Notes: generated by a model not told the origin, from the sequence alone. A stretch of 63,991 bases of DNA, filler included, from Octopus bimaculoides (GCF_001194135.2; 7 parts of 6 records of this genome joined end to end with filler, not necessarily neighbours in it); one strand, 5' to 3'; positions 39,384-52,786 are shown, counted from the whole stretch's first letter. Translations and numbers: made by a program.

Positions 39384-39560
39384 AGATTCATACCCGTGAT
39401 TGTTGGGGCATCGGGATATGTAACGAACTGCCTCAACAAAAACCTGGAAAAATTAGGGTTCTCAAAACCTGAAAGAAAAAGGCTGATTAGAAGACTACAG
39501 ATTCAAGCCATCAATGGAACTGTAAAGATATGTAAAACCTTCCAAAAATTTAGCACATAA
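39384..39560 (+). mobile_element. C-terminus of a second restriction-like-endonuclease non-LTR retrotransposon family (R4/R2-group)
   Basis: RFIPVIVGASGYVTNCLNKNLEKLGFSKPERKRLIRRLQIQAINGTVKICKTFQKFST*. The PVIVGAxG...GT-K pattern is typical of RLE C-termini. Confidence 0.7.
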
Positions 39561-41242
39561 ATACATATGCATGCATCTAGACATGAAAATATATACATAA
39601 AAACGCATCCATAAAACAAACATACAAATGTGCGCATACACGAACACAAAATACTGCACACACACATATTCACAAATACCTAGATGATGTTGATAAAAGT
39701 TCCAATGAAGGAGCCTGAATGTTAGAGTCCGGCTCTTTCTCTGTGGACAAGGAATAGAGAAATGAAACTGATTGATAACATACAAATATACATACATATG
39801 TAATTTTTGCACTAATGAGCATATGACAATTAGTGCGTTGATGTGCTGAGTAAAGCACTGGCACAGTTTGGGGCTAGCTGATGCCATCCGCACTTGGAGT
39901 ATATTTCCGTTGGATCTACAGCAGGAATTCCACAGAGTTAGTTGAGATAATAATCGATTAATGAAACAGAAGAAGGATTTGGTATTGGCTTATTTTATAT
40001 GATGATTGTTTCGATCTATCCTGCGACTGTCCCTTACGGGTGGGATGCTGCGCATCATATTGTGTTACATCAATTCCCACTAAAAATATTGCGTTCAGGC
40101 AATCATGTTATTTGCCCGCTTCATTAGGGAATGCGACTTTGTTACGATTGTCCTTATGTTAAATATTCCTAAAATAATAATTGTAAATAATTGTAAATGT
40201 AAACGTATAAAGTATAGAGAAGAAAACACATACAAGAGAAAGTATTTGGGAAAGAAATATAGATAGGGTGAGAGCTGTAAGAGAAGGATTAGACTGCGTT
40301 AAGTTTAAAGGGAGGGAGGGGTATTAAACTTGATAACACGGGCAGATGTGTACAGGCACGAATATACGCACATACATCCTCACAGAGACGTAGACACCCA
40401 CGTTCACCCTGATCCACGTAGGCCGTAGACTCTTACAGACGATATATGACAGGAAAATGAAGACAGTAAAGATCAGACACACCCGTACGTATAGTTGTAT
40501 ATGTATACACATACGTAGAACAATGCACCCCCCCCACACACACACACGCACACACACACACAACCTGACGCTGTTGATTCCTGTGATCATGGCGGAAAGA
40601 AGGTCGAAGTTTCGTGTCGGCTGCAAAGACGGAGACTGATACGTGTACTTCTCGACGAAATACTGTTAGAAGGAGCTTCACCCGAAGGTTGCAGCCATCT
40701 TCTGCACCATCTGACTTTACTTCTTGGCCGATGTATTGAGTTTGTTCCTCCACTGAGTCGTCATGGTAAAGTGCTGCAGTCGATGGAAGAGGTGGAAGGT
40801 GTGGTCGATCGTTCGAGTGTATAGCTTGTGTCGAAGGATAAGACTAAAATCACTACCTCGTGCGGTACAGCCCCTACATCCTGTGATACCGTGTCTTGTA
40901 AAGTGGCTCGTGTGACCTGCCAGAAGACACTTAAGAACATTTCGTGTGTGTAGTCGCTCTGTTAAGCAGGACTCTGAAACCAACTCGAGTCGAATGCATG
41001 CGATCGTTTTGCTGACTTTCTCTTCGAAAGAACGGCTAAGTGGCCCTGAATTTGCATTATTTGTCATCCAAAATCGAAGAGCACGTCAAGAACTATCTGT
41101 AAAGCATTATCCTCATACTGTCCTCTCATTATGCTAGAAATAACAACCAAGTATCTTCAAGAAAAATAAAGGTCAGTTTTAGCACACTCTCTCTCTCCCT
41201 CTCTCACTCTTTCTCCCCCCCTCTCTCTCTCTCTCATTAGCA

Positions 41243-41535
41243 ACCTCATCGTAAGGTCATGAGTTCGATACTTGCCGGCGCGTTGTGTCCTTGAGCGAGA
41301 CACTCTATTTCACATTGCTCCAGTCCACTCAGCTGACAAAAATGAATTGTACTTGTGTTTCAAAGGGCCAGCCTTGTCAAATTCTGTGTCACGCTGAAAA
41401 TCCCTGAGAACTATATTTAAAGTAAACGTGTCTGTGGAGTGCTCAGCCACTTGCACATTAATTTCACGAGCAAGCTGTTCTGTAGATTGCATCAACTGGA
41501 AACCTAGTCGTCGTGACCGACGGGTTGCCAGCTAC
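41243..41535 (+). mobile_element. OR2/CORE-like SINE
   Basis: CORE-like domain plus the tail shared with 16621-16930 and 51102-51378. Confidence 0.8.
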
Positions 41536-41604
41536 AAGGGCAACAACAAAAATAGTAAACATAAATAATAAATATAAATATATATGTGTGTTTGCATGTG
41601 TGAT

Positions 41605-41671
<67 letters not shown>

Positions 41672-42699
41672 GTGCAAGTGTGTGTGGTTTGTTGTTCCAC
41701 ACCAGAGCTTCACAACCGGTGTTGGTTTGTTTACTTAGGGGTTCTGGAACAGGGGCCTCTTGAATAAGTACGAGGTAAAAAAAAAATTAAATTACTGCAT
41801 CTTCACGACGGTGCCCCAGCATGACCGCAGTCAAATGACGGAAACGAATAAAACAATAGAAGAATAGAATGGAAGACAGGTGTATGAAGAAGAAGCAAGT
41901 GTATTAATTCGACGCTCGGGAAAGTGAGAAAGTCTTTTATGCGTTGAGCCTCCACTCTTCAACCGAAAGGAATAAAAGAAAATAAACAGAGATAAATAAA
42001 TAAAAAAAATACTTGCGGATTTGGCGGTGAAGCATGGCATGTATGTATGTGTGTATGTATGTATGTATGTGTGTGTGTGTGTGTGTGCCAGGAATTCGGT
42101 AGGTGATCACCGGCAGATGTCTGTAACTGTGAGTGCGAACGTATGTATGTATGTATGTATGTATGTATATGTACGCATACATGCTCACATTTTCACGCGT
42201 ACATACATAAATGCATTTGTATTCAAGCGTGCGGAGACAATTATTCTGGCTAACAGAAAATATTCTAAGAGTTTTAATGTCAAGGGAAACTACCTTAATG
42301 TTATACGTTAAGAATTATCTCCCTTGCAGAGGAAAATTAATGACATGTATGGAGGGCTTCAGACGTAAGAATTAACAACTGCAGACAATATAGAACTACT
42401 GCAAGCATGCAAACACGTATATATACATTTGCATATATCCAAAAATTCATATCTACATCATTAAGATCATGATTACGTGACTGACCGGAAAATCGAATGT
42501 TTGTATATATCGTTGGTCGCAATGTACTTTGCGTCATTTTAACTTTCGAATGCTGCCACTCCGCTGGATGCACCATCTAACCCTCATTGGGTGGCAATTC
42601 CGTCGCAGGGTTGATCTTTTACAGCTGAGTGAACTGGAGCAAAGTGATATATAGGGTCCTGCCCGTCTATACTTGTATGAGAGCGTGTGTATATATATA

Positions 42700-42799
42700 N
42701 NNNNNNNNNNNNNNNNNNNNNNNNNNNNNNNNNNNNNNNNNNNTTAATTAATTAANNNNNNNNNNNNNNNNNNNNNNNNNNNNNNNNNNNNNNNNNNNN
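42700..42799. other. Artificial scaffold linker
   Basis: 44 N + TTAATTAATTAA + 44 N. Confidence 0.97.
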
Positions 42800-42996
42800 T
42801 TTTTCTGTTGCTGTACTTTTTTCTGTTGCTGTACTTTTTTCTGTTGCTGTACTTTTTTCTGTTGCTGTACTTTTTTCTGTTGCTGTACTTTTTTCTGTTG
42901 CTGTACATCTTTCTGTTGCTGTACTTTTTTCTGTTGCTGTACTTTTTTCTGTTGCTGTACTTTTTTCTGTTGCTGTACTTTTTTCTGTTGCTGTTC
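42800..42996. repeat. 18-bp minisatellite (TTTTTTCTGTTGCTGTAC) x ~11, truncated by the scaffold edge
   Basis: Units start every 18 nt from 42805 to 42985. Confidence 0.95.
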
Positions 42997-43427
42997 TTGC
43001 TGTTCATGTCGTTGCCGTCATCATTGATTTTGTTGTTATTTTAGTTGTTGTTCTTGTTGTCATCGTTCTTGTTTGTTGTTGCTGTTTTTGTTGATGTTGT
43101 TGTCATTGTCATTCAAGTGGTTGTTGTTGTTGTTTTAACAGCAAATGGTGAACGAAATGGATTGTTGCTTACCAGTAAATCAATCACTGGTTCACTGTAT
43201 TTAGGATGCAAAGATCGAAAAATTGTGGGGTGTATTTACAACCCGCTGCAGAGCAAATATAAAAATGAACAATGCTAAAAACACAGCATTTCTTTTTTGT
43301 TTTTTCGCTTTTCTCAAAATGTATATTTTCCCTTCCTCCCCTACTTGAATTCACAAATTTATTTGTTTGTACATGTGTGTGTGTGTGTGTGTGTGTGTAG
43401 ATACTTATGTGTGTGTGTGTGTGTTTA

Positions 43428-43458
<31 letters not shown>

Positions 43459-43531
43459 AGATATACACATAGATATACACACACACACATATATATATAT
43501 GTATGTATGCGTGTATATATATATGTATATA

Positions 43532-43562
<31 letters not shown>

Positions 43563-44143
43563 NNNNNNNNNNAGAGAGAGAGAGAGAGAGAGTGAGAGAG
43601 GTGGGGAGGAAGAGACTTTGCTTTAATGATACTAGAGACAACAAAAGTTTACCAGCCAACCAGCCAGCCAACTAACCAACCAACGAGGTAATCTCTGACG
43701 AGAAAACGAGAGCGTCTTTACGTGATCGCTTGATCAACTAGAATTAGCTATCAGATTCCCTGAAATCACATCTCATCGTCTTTAAAAAGAGAACTCCTTG
43801 GGTAAAGACGTTCTTGGTTCTTTCACTGCACGTCGGAAAAGATTGGATGATCACTAGTAGAATATTTTTGCTTATAGACATGCTCGACCAGGATATTCGA
43901 TTTTATATCATTGTTTCTTTTTTAAAAAACCGTTAGTTGAAACGACCGATGAAATGAAACCAAACTCAAATGTGTGTCTGTCAATGTAAATTGTACAAAA
44001 TACAGCAATTTACATATATGTAACCTTAATTCATGTCCCATTCTTAATCACAACTGTCCGACGAACGGGAACGTGAAACTCTGAGTAGAAGTTTTTTTGT
44101 GGTATTTTGTGATGTTTTTGCAGCTTTAATAAGATAGTGTGTG

Positions 44144-44230
<87 letters not shown>

Positions 44231-45254
44231 GTAAGCATATGTAAGTATATACATGTGTGTGTGCGCGCGCGTTTTACATAGAAGGGTGTGTGATACCTGA
44301 CACCGAAGAAAAATGATCGGGATGGTTAATTGTATCGAATTCGAAATGGTATTGCTCTTTGTTTAAATACTAGTGGTAAGGAGGTAGCTAGGGGCAAGAC
44401 TAGACGTTACATTTTTATTGTTATGTGTCCAATACAATAATTACCTGTATACCTGTAATATACTGCGTTCGATTCATCTGACTGCAGTCATTTCCCAAGG
44501 TGAAATGTTTTCTTAAATTACACATTACAGCCTGCAGCCACTCGTACGCCGGTATAATTTGGCAATATGTAACATATTAAATTGTCTTAGGCGTCTATAC
44601 AGTTACTGTTAAGTACGGAACATCTTTTAGATGCCTTCACCTTTGACCCAGTGGGGCATCGAGGATGTGAGAGCTAGAGGGGGAAAAAGAACGAGAGAGG
44701 GGGTAGAGATGCACTGACAATTGGATGGTGCACATTTACAGCCGAGTAGATTTCGGTGACGTGAGACATAGGACTTTGCTCAAGACACAACACTCTGTTC
44801 GATTCAGTTATTGAAGCCCAGGTTTTATGATCACGAGCCAACATTAAAACTACGAGGCAAAGCGCATTCAACTAGTTAATTCAATTTAATATTTTCTCAT
44901 CATAGATTCTGACAGGTGAGCCCACTACAGCGAGATAAAAAGCTAGATGTGACAATACACATGCCTGCATGCGCGCGCGCGTGTGTAGGTGCTGTGTTGT
45001 CGAATGGTTAAAATGTTCTATTTGCAGTTGCGAAGTCCTGGGTTCGACCCCATTGCATGTTGTCTTTGGTAAATGTTATTTTCTAGCGCTTGGCACCAAC
45101 TCATAGCTTCTGAGTGAAAATGGATAGACAGAAATTTTAGACTCTCGTGAGGTGGATTGTACTCATACTTCAAAAAGTGCAGCCTTGTCACACTCTGAGT
45201 TACGCTGATTCTCTGTCTGACAGTTACATTAAAGCTACATATGTCCACTGCAAA

Positions 45255-45675
45255 GTCCAGTCTTTTTTTTTAGTGAGGTGGGTTGTGCTTTGCGGTGCAA
45301 TGTCTTAGTGACCCTGAGAGTTATGCTAGCGGAGCGTAACCTCCTGGTATGACTTCCCATGTTAGACAAGTCGAAGGATAGAGACCAGACTATTACAAGC
45401 CACCGGAGATAAAAATGGGTTTGCATATTGCCAACACCCTGCCTGGAAAAAGAAAAAGAAGCAAACTTAGAAGCATCGATTACTATTCAAAAGCAACAAG
45501 ACCTGGGAGAGGAAGGCCTTCACTCAATGACAGATATGAGGTAGGATACTGCGATACAGCTGAAAAAGAAGGGATTCAACTGGAGTGAAACAGAAAAGAT
45601 AATCAGGAGTCGAGAACAGTGAGAAAATTCGTCGATTGCTTATGCTCCATTCAGAATGAAGGACTGAAGTAAGTA
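45255..45675 (+). mobile_element. Internally deleted RTE (5' UTR fused to the 3' end)
   Basis: RTE/BovB-like 5' UTR motif (CCCTGAGAGTTATGCTAGCGGAGCGTAACCTCCTGGTA) followed by a decayed C-terminus LKKKGFNWSETEKIIRSREQ*RKFVDCLCS and an (AAGT)-type tail. Confidence 0.6.
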
Positions 45676-46027
45676 GATACACATCCGCGGAACGCTCAGC
45701 TGCTTATACATTAATACAATAGCAGATAACCCACTTATTTGATCAACTTAATCCTCGTCGCCGAACGATGGACATCCACAACCACCTAAGTGTGTAAGTG
45801 CTTTGTGCTAATTTGTTTGTGTGTATGTATGTATTTGTGTGGCGGGTGCATATGTGTGTTTTGGGGGGGAGTGCATATGTGTGTGTTTTGGAGTGTGTGT
45901 GTGTGTGTGTGTGTGTTTGTGTGCGTGTGAATGTCAGAAAAATAAAAGGCAAAGTTGACCATGACGTCATTCAAAATGTGAATCCCATATTACGATCAGC
46001 AGTTCCCTTCAGTCATTATTATACGTT

Positions 46028-46076
46028 GATGTTGTTGCTGCTGCTGCTGCTGCTGCTGTTGTTGTTGTTATTGTTG

Positions 46077-46138
<62 letters not shown>

Positions 46139-46160
46139 GTTTTTGTTGTTGTTGTTGTTG

Positions 46161-46192
<32 letters not shown>
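46028..46192. repeat. (CTG)n-(TTG)n-(TTA)n compound microsatellite
   Basis: Direct inspection. Confidence 0.95.
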
Positions 46193-46198
<6 letters not shown>

Positions 46199-47574
46199 GT
46201 AATTCTCTTTTGATTACGTCACGATGTTTTTATTCAGAAAACTTAAATCACACATAAAGGCAGCAATATTCAAAAGTGGGCCATTGTAAAAGGTTCTTCA
46301 TAATAAAACAGTTTTACGAGTCTCATTTCATTTTGTATGAAAGAAAATAAATATTTCAATATCTAGTAGAAAGAAAGAAAAAAGAAGAACGAAAACAAAA
46401 TCAAACAAGTGCAATTTTAAACGGATTCAAAAGCACCGTTCTTTAAAAAAAACCCTTTCAAAACAGTGAGTATAAAGAAAGTGAGCAAGGAAAAGGTTGG
46501 TTACTACGATACCAACAAAGGAGGCCTCTACAGGGTGGGCTGTCTGACCTGCTAAAAATAGCTATATAACCTATAATCCTTCAGAATTATTTATACTGTA
46601 GTCTTAAAACTCTGGAGGAGTTTTAAGACGTTAACGGCACTGTAGTCGTTAAAAACTGTAGACATTAAAGTCTACAGTGTCTTTAATGTTTCGAGATAAA
46701 GTCATTCATTTGAAAGAGGTACTGTAAAAGCAATAAAATAATGAGAGAGAAGAAAAACCACAGCATGGAAAATGGAAGGCAGTGAAGCCACATGTGGGGT
46801 TCTGGGTAGGGAAAGTTGTTGGAAGTAGTGGTTTGTTGGAGGATAGGGCCTGCTGGGACTAAACAAAAAGAACGGCGACGATTACAACTTCAACGACGAT
46901 GGCCAAATGTTACATATACATTCAACATACAAAAATGCTGGTCCGCAGTAATTGAACCCTTTTGTCTGTCCTGCGTATAACTTGTGATATACAGCACATA
47001 TTTTCTGATTTTTTTTTTCAACCACCAGAACAACTTGGAACTTATGAAAGAGAAGCTTTATATTATTCAGAAATAATGAAAGAAAAAGTTTAACTAAAAA
47101 TCTGAAAACAAGTGTGAGCGTTTAGAACAAACTTACAAAATTGCTTTAGATAAATAAAGAGTTAAGACAGGCAAAGAGAGAACATTCATTCGGATTCAGT
47201 CCGCTGTTTTCAATTCACGCAGGAAGAATTATGAATTAAGTAACAGCAGTTTATTGAAAAGGCCCTCGTATGCGTGTTTAATTTCACAGTGAGGCTAACT
47301 ATATGCAGATATCACTACTTGGTTTTATTTATTCACTGGAGCGTTGCTTAATGCACCAGAGTCACAGCATGGTCATTTGACCTATCAAAAATAGCAACCT
47401 ACTCTCCCTCAAATCATACTCAGCCATCTTTTTAAAAAGCGAATAAATTAAGTGATGATAAAAGTATATAGTAGTTTAATGCTTGAGATACACAGAGTAG
47501 AGATGTCTTTAACGTTTCGGATAAAGGTCCTTCATTTGAAAGAGGTACAGCAAAAAAAAAACAATAAAAGAACG

Positions 47575-47677
47575 AGAAGAAGAAGAAGAAGAAGAAGAAG
47601 AAGAAGAAGAAGAAGAAGAAGAAGAAGAAGAAGAAGAAGAAGAAGAAGAAGAAGAAGAAGAAGAAGAAGAAGAAGAA
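47575..47677. repeat. (AGA)n microsatellite, ~34 units
   Basis: Direct inspection. Confidence 0.95.
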
Positions 47678-48711
47678 ACGGCAAGGAAAATGGAGAGCAG
47701 TGAAGCCCTGTCTTGCCTACGTCAGAGTCAATTTTTGAAAAAGATACATTACATCATAGGTTTGTGCATTCAAAGATGATCTGGAACCAAACAACATCAA
47801 GCGTCTTCTTCAGACAAATAATAAGGTATTATCCGTTGCTTCTCACATCACAGCATTAATGCTAATACTAACATATTGATACAGTGAACTTCAAACTTTC
47901 AGACAGAAATGGTATGTAGTTGGCAGACCATATTATCTAAATTCGCCGCCTAATAAGCAGTAAGAAGATTATGAGTCTGGTAGTGGCTGGTGGAGTAGGG
48001 GAGGCGTCGAAAATGAAAGTTAGTTTCTAATGAGGCAATATTCCGTATAGGACACATATTGCTCTACCAAAGTTGTCTGAGGCACAGTGTTCTGGCCGAG
48101 TTCTCCTCCAGAAGTTTCAAAACTTAAGTTAGTTCCAGACGAGGCCATTCTGCAGCTTTTACATGTATTACAACACTGAAACAACAACAACAAAAACAGC
48201 AACAATGCCATGGCGGCGACGATTGCGACGGTGATGGCGAAAGTGATGGCGGCGGCGGCGGCGAAAGTTTCGTCTACGAAATTCCATGGCAAAACATTCC
48301 TGTCTCTGACTAACCGCTATGTTACTTGACATAACGAGACACAACATAAACAATACCAGTTTCAGACAGGTGTAAACATGAACACCGCACATTCACACAA
48401 ACACACACACATATACACACATATGCACATTTGTATGTATATACATACAAGTGTGTGTAGAGTAACTCCATTTCATACAAAAAGTTACTTGCCTAAGATT
48501 TCAAGGCCTCTCTCAGTGAGATCGAACCGGGAACCTGGCGGTTGGAAGACAAGTTTCTTAACCATACAGGCATATACCTACGCTCCATATTCATAATCAT
48601 GTGATCACATATTTCACACGAATATATTCCTGGATAAGAATAAGTCAAAAGACCACAAACAGACCAATGCTGACAAGATCTAATGATCTTGTTTTCGCGA
48701 CTCTTTCAGAA

Positions 48712-48936
48712 TCATTTACTCTTTTACTCTTTTACTTGTTTCAGTCATTTGACTGCGGCCATGCTGGAGCACCGCCTTTAGTCGAGCAAATCTACTCCAG
48801 GACTTATTCTTTGTAAGCCTAGTACTTATTCTATCGGTCTCTTTGCCGAACCGCTAAGTTACGGGGACATAAACACACCACCATCGGTTGTCAAGCGATG
48901 TTGGTGAGGGGGACAAACACAGACACTCAAACATAT

Positions 48937-48973
<37 letters not shown>

Positions 48974-49141
48974 CATATATACCACAGGCTTCTTTCAGTT
49001 TCCGTCTACCAAATCCACTCACAAGGCTTTGGTCGGCCCGAGGCTATAGTAAAAGACACTTGCCCAAGGTGCCACGCAGTGGGAATGAACCCGGAAGCAT
49101 GCGGTTGGTAAGCAAGCTACTTACCACACAGCTACTCCTGC
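48712..49141 (-). mobile_element. Full-length, little-diverged OK-like SINE
   Basis: Minus strand begins GCAGGAGTAGCTGTGTGGTAAGTAGCTTGCTTACC (tRNA-like A/B boxes) and ends in (AAAAGAGT)n. Confidence 0.9.
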
Positions 49142-49590
49142 GCTAATTTCAGCTAATGCTACGCATGTCGACTTAGTGGTTGTGGGGAAATTCTTAGGAT
49201 AGCTGAGTAACAGAAGGTCTACAGCACTGGTTTATATGACACCTGAGAATCCATATAAAATTTGGGATGAAGGGTCAACAGAAACGAAACAGTAAATTGG
49301 GGACTTACAGTAACTTATTAAGGATCCATGAGGATCCAAAATTTGCTTTAGATGTTTGTATTGCAAGAAACAGCTAAGTTTTTTTCTCTAACATTTTACA
49401 TAGCTCAGCTTACACAAGTTGTGTGAATAACAAAAGAGGAACTTTGAAAGAAGTTTCTATAGAACTAGTTTTTATATAGCGAAAGAGTACGAGGGTCCAC
49501 CAAAATAAAATAGTAATCAACGATAGATAAAAGATGGCTGAGAACCTCTGGTCTACTGGGAAGAAGCCTCCACACCACCGCTCCATGCAA

Positions 49591-49674
49591 GGCAGCGAGC
49601 TGGCAGAAACGTTAGCACGCCGGGCGAAATGCTTAGCGGTATTTCGTCTGCCGCTACGTTCTGAGTTCAAATTC
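49591..49674 (+). mobile_element. Family B SINE head only
   Basis: GGCAGCGAGCTGGCAGAAACGTTAGCACGCCGGGCGAAATGC...GAGTTCAAATTC. Confidence 0.75.
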
Positions 49675-50890
49675 TCCTGCGCCATTAGGGGCCTATGTTA
49701 GTATATAAGGAGCCCATCCCCTCAAGTTAGAGAATTTTTTATTCACTCCTGGAAGAATGCATTAATTATTTCAGTCTGGCTATGTTTGTAGACAGTTAAA
49801 AAGAATACTTTTAACAAAAAAAAAAAAAATTAAATGATAGCATTGTAGTTGCGGGTGGGCTCCCATGTAGTTGCGGGTGGNNNNNNNNNNNNNNNNNNNN
49901 NNNNNNNNNNNNNNNNNNNNNNNNNNNNNNNNNNNNNNNNNNNNNNNNNNNNNNNNNNNNNNNNNNNNNNNNNNNNNNNNNNNNNNNNNNNNNNNNNNNN
50001 NNNNNNNNNNNNNNNNNNNNNNNNNNNNNNNNNNNNNNNNNNNNNNNNNNNNNNNNNNNNNNNNNNNNNNNNNNNNNNNNNNNNNNNNNNNNNNNNNNNN
50101 NNNNNNNNNNNNNNNNNNNNNNNNNNNNNNNNNNNNNNNNNNNNNNNNNNNNNNNNNNNNNNNNNNNNNNNNNNNNNNNNNNNNNNNNNNNNNNNNNNNN
50201 NNNNNNNNNNNNNNNNNNNNNNNNNNNNNNNNNNNNNNNNNNNNNNNNNNNNNNNNNNNNNNNNNNNNNNNNNNNNNNNNNNNNNNNNNNNNNNNNNNNN
50301 NNNNNNNNNNNNNNNNNNNNNNNNNNNNNNNNNNNNNNNNNNNNNNNTCACTTTCGGTAAAAATGTGCTTATTTTTTGGTAGTTTTGACTTATTTAGTCC
50401 CTCTAAGCGTGAGGCATTACTATATAGTAATGCCCTTATATAAATTATATATATTTATGGAAAAAAACGATGGGTGTTTTTCCTTATGGGGTCTTTTCAC
50501 GCTGACTACTTGATAAATTCTTATAAAGATTTTATCCTATATTATATTATATATATATATAGAGTCTTAAATGACTACGAGCGTGTCCCTTTCAGAAATA
50601 TTAGAGTTCATAAAAGGTAATTGGCTGTGAAGTGATTCAAGACTGTGATATATCGCTTTTCTTTTGGATTTGAAGGGTTGACATAAAATGATAAATGAAG
50701 CCTGTTCAACCGCTCCAACGTACAACCGACCGACATCGCATTAACCTACCAATCTTATTGTCCCTTGTCTACAATCTGTACGCCCACTGTTTGTCTTCCA
50801 TTGTCCTCAGCCGTTTCTTCTTTTTCCTTTTGCTGACCCACAGGTCTCGCTCTCCCTCCCTCTCCTTCTCCGTCCTTTTCCCTCTGCCTT

Positions 50891-50925
<35 letters not shown>

Positions 50926-51001
50926 TCTCTCTCAAGCCAAAACATTTCATTCATTTACCTGTATTTCTTACATACTGTTATATATATATATATATATATA
51001 T

Positions 51002-51101
51002 NNNNNNNNNNNNNNNNNNNNNNNNNNNNNNNNNNNNNNNNNNNNTTAATTAATTAANNNNNNNNNNNNNNNNNNNNNNNNNNNNNNNNNNNNNNNNNNN
51101 N
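51002..51101. other. Artificial scaffold linker
   Basis: 44 N + TTAATTAATTAA + 44 N. Confidence 0.97.
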
Positions 51102-51378
51102 ACGTGTACCCTTAACGTAGTTCTCGGGGATAATCAGCGTGACACAGTGTGACAAGGCTGGCCCTTTGAATTACAGGCACAACAGAAACAGGAAGTAAGA
51201 GTGAGAGAAAGTTGTGGTGAAAGAGTACAGCAGGGTTCGCCACCATCCCCTGCTGGAGCCTCGTGGAGCTTTAGGTGTTTTCGCTCAATAAACACTCACA
51301 ACGTCCGGTCTGGGAATCGAAACCGTGATCCTATGACCGCGAGTCCGCTGCCCTAACCCCTGGGCCATTGCGCCTCCA
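51102..51378 (-). mobile_element. OR1-like tRNA-derived SINE
   Basis: Minus-strand head TGGAGGCGCAATGGCCCAG...GGTTTCGATTCCC. The tail is shared with the OR2-like copies. Confidence 0.85.
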
Positions 51379-52202
51379 CACGGGTGAAGTTAACTATCTG
51401 CAAAATGGATTATCGAACTATAAATAATTTTCATACCACAACAATTCGAAGTAGTTGTAACTTCAATTATAACGATGAAAATAAAGGACCGTTTCAATCA
51501 GTTAATAACATTCTTCTTTTTCTCTCATTTGTGTGCAGCATATCTCCGTTATAAAATTGGTGACCCTCGGTTAAAGAATTGTACAGTTCTTAACACATTA
51601 CCCACTGTTACATTACCGTAAAGAGATAATTACGGTCTTCTACTGTTGGAGATGAGAACTGAACTATTAACAACGTTTGAACTACATAGATCAACAAAAT
51701 ATCTCTATTGCATTTCCAGTTACTTTGAAAATTTTAAACAGTTAAATTCTGCCATGAAAAATCAATATACAAACTTCTTTATCTTGCAATACACAGCCTC
51801 TACGAAGCCACATTCGTGTTTCTACACACACTTGCACGCGCGCGTGCACATACACACATACACCCATACACACACGCAAATACACTTCAAAGCGGTGCCT
51901 CAGCATGGTTGCAGTCTGAAACATTAATGGGATTTACAAGAAGTCAAATATGATTGAAGGTTACATCGTTTGTTACAAGAGGTGAACATTTTTAGAAAAC
52001 ATAAAACTGCGCTGAGAATTAAATAGTATTTTTGAACATCGTTCTGTCATTCAGTTATGCGATTACAGATTTCAATTTTTTTTAATGGCTGCTGGAATGA
52101 CGGCTAATGAATTTCAAGAAAAATATCAATGCGTACATACATACATGTGAACATTTCTGCACATACATACATACATACATACATACATACATACATACAT
52201 AC

Positions 52203-52243
52203 ATGTCCAACCGCACACATACATAAACAGCCGCAACCACAAC

Positions 52244-52274
<31 letters not shown>

Positions 52275-52625
52275 GGGCTATCATTACACACACACACACA
52301 CGCACACACGTGCTATCATTACACACACACATACCTCCTTCTCTTGCACTCTCCTGTCTTTGAAAATAAATTTTTCTCCACTCTTTCCCTTCCGGTCATT
52401 CCAATATGTGACCACGTGTGCATCATTGGCGATTTTCTTTCTCCGTTTTCCCTTCTTTGGACTTTTCCTATATTTCTGATGAAGAGCTCCGATCGAAACG
52501 TTATATCCTCTTTTTTTTTCTTTCCTTTCCTGAGCGTCCAATAACACTGTACTTTTTCCACGTCCTCGCGTTGTTTTTTCGCGTTTTTTCCATGTTTCTT
52601 CTTGTTTGTTCATGTTTGAATTGAC
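52203..52625 (+). mobile_element. Non-coding Penelope-like terminal-repeat element carrying a minimal hammerhead motif (copy 1)
   Basis: Reverse-complement homolog of 59075-59404. Contains CTGATGA-A-GAGC-TCC-GATC-GAAA-CG-TT. Confidence 0.65.
52472..52506 (+). ncRNA. Minimal type I hammerhead ribozyme-like motif (one mismatch in stem I, one in stem II)
   Basis: Core CUGAUGA (52476-52482) and GAAA (52495-52498), stem II GAGC/GAUC, palindromic ACGU stem III. Confidence 0.55.
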
Positions 52626-52629
52626 CACA

Positions 52630-52660
<31 letters not shown>

Positions 52661-52745
52661 TAGCAAGAAATCTTGAAATAGACTGAATAATGACATACCT
52701 ACCTACCTACCTACCTACCTACCTATCAAGCTAGCTATCTCTATC

Positions 52746-52786
<41 letters not shown>

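Noticed and set aside
45310-45380. HDV-like ribozyme in the RTE 5' UTR
   Set aside because: Such ribozymes are known in some RTEs, but I could not build the nested double pseudoknot from this copy.
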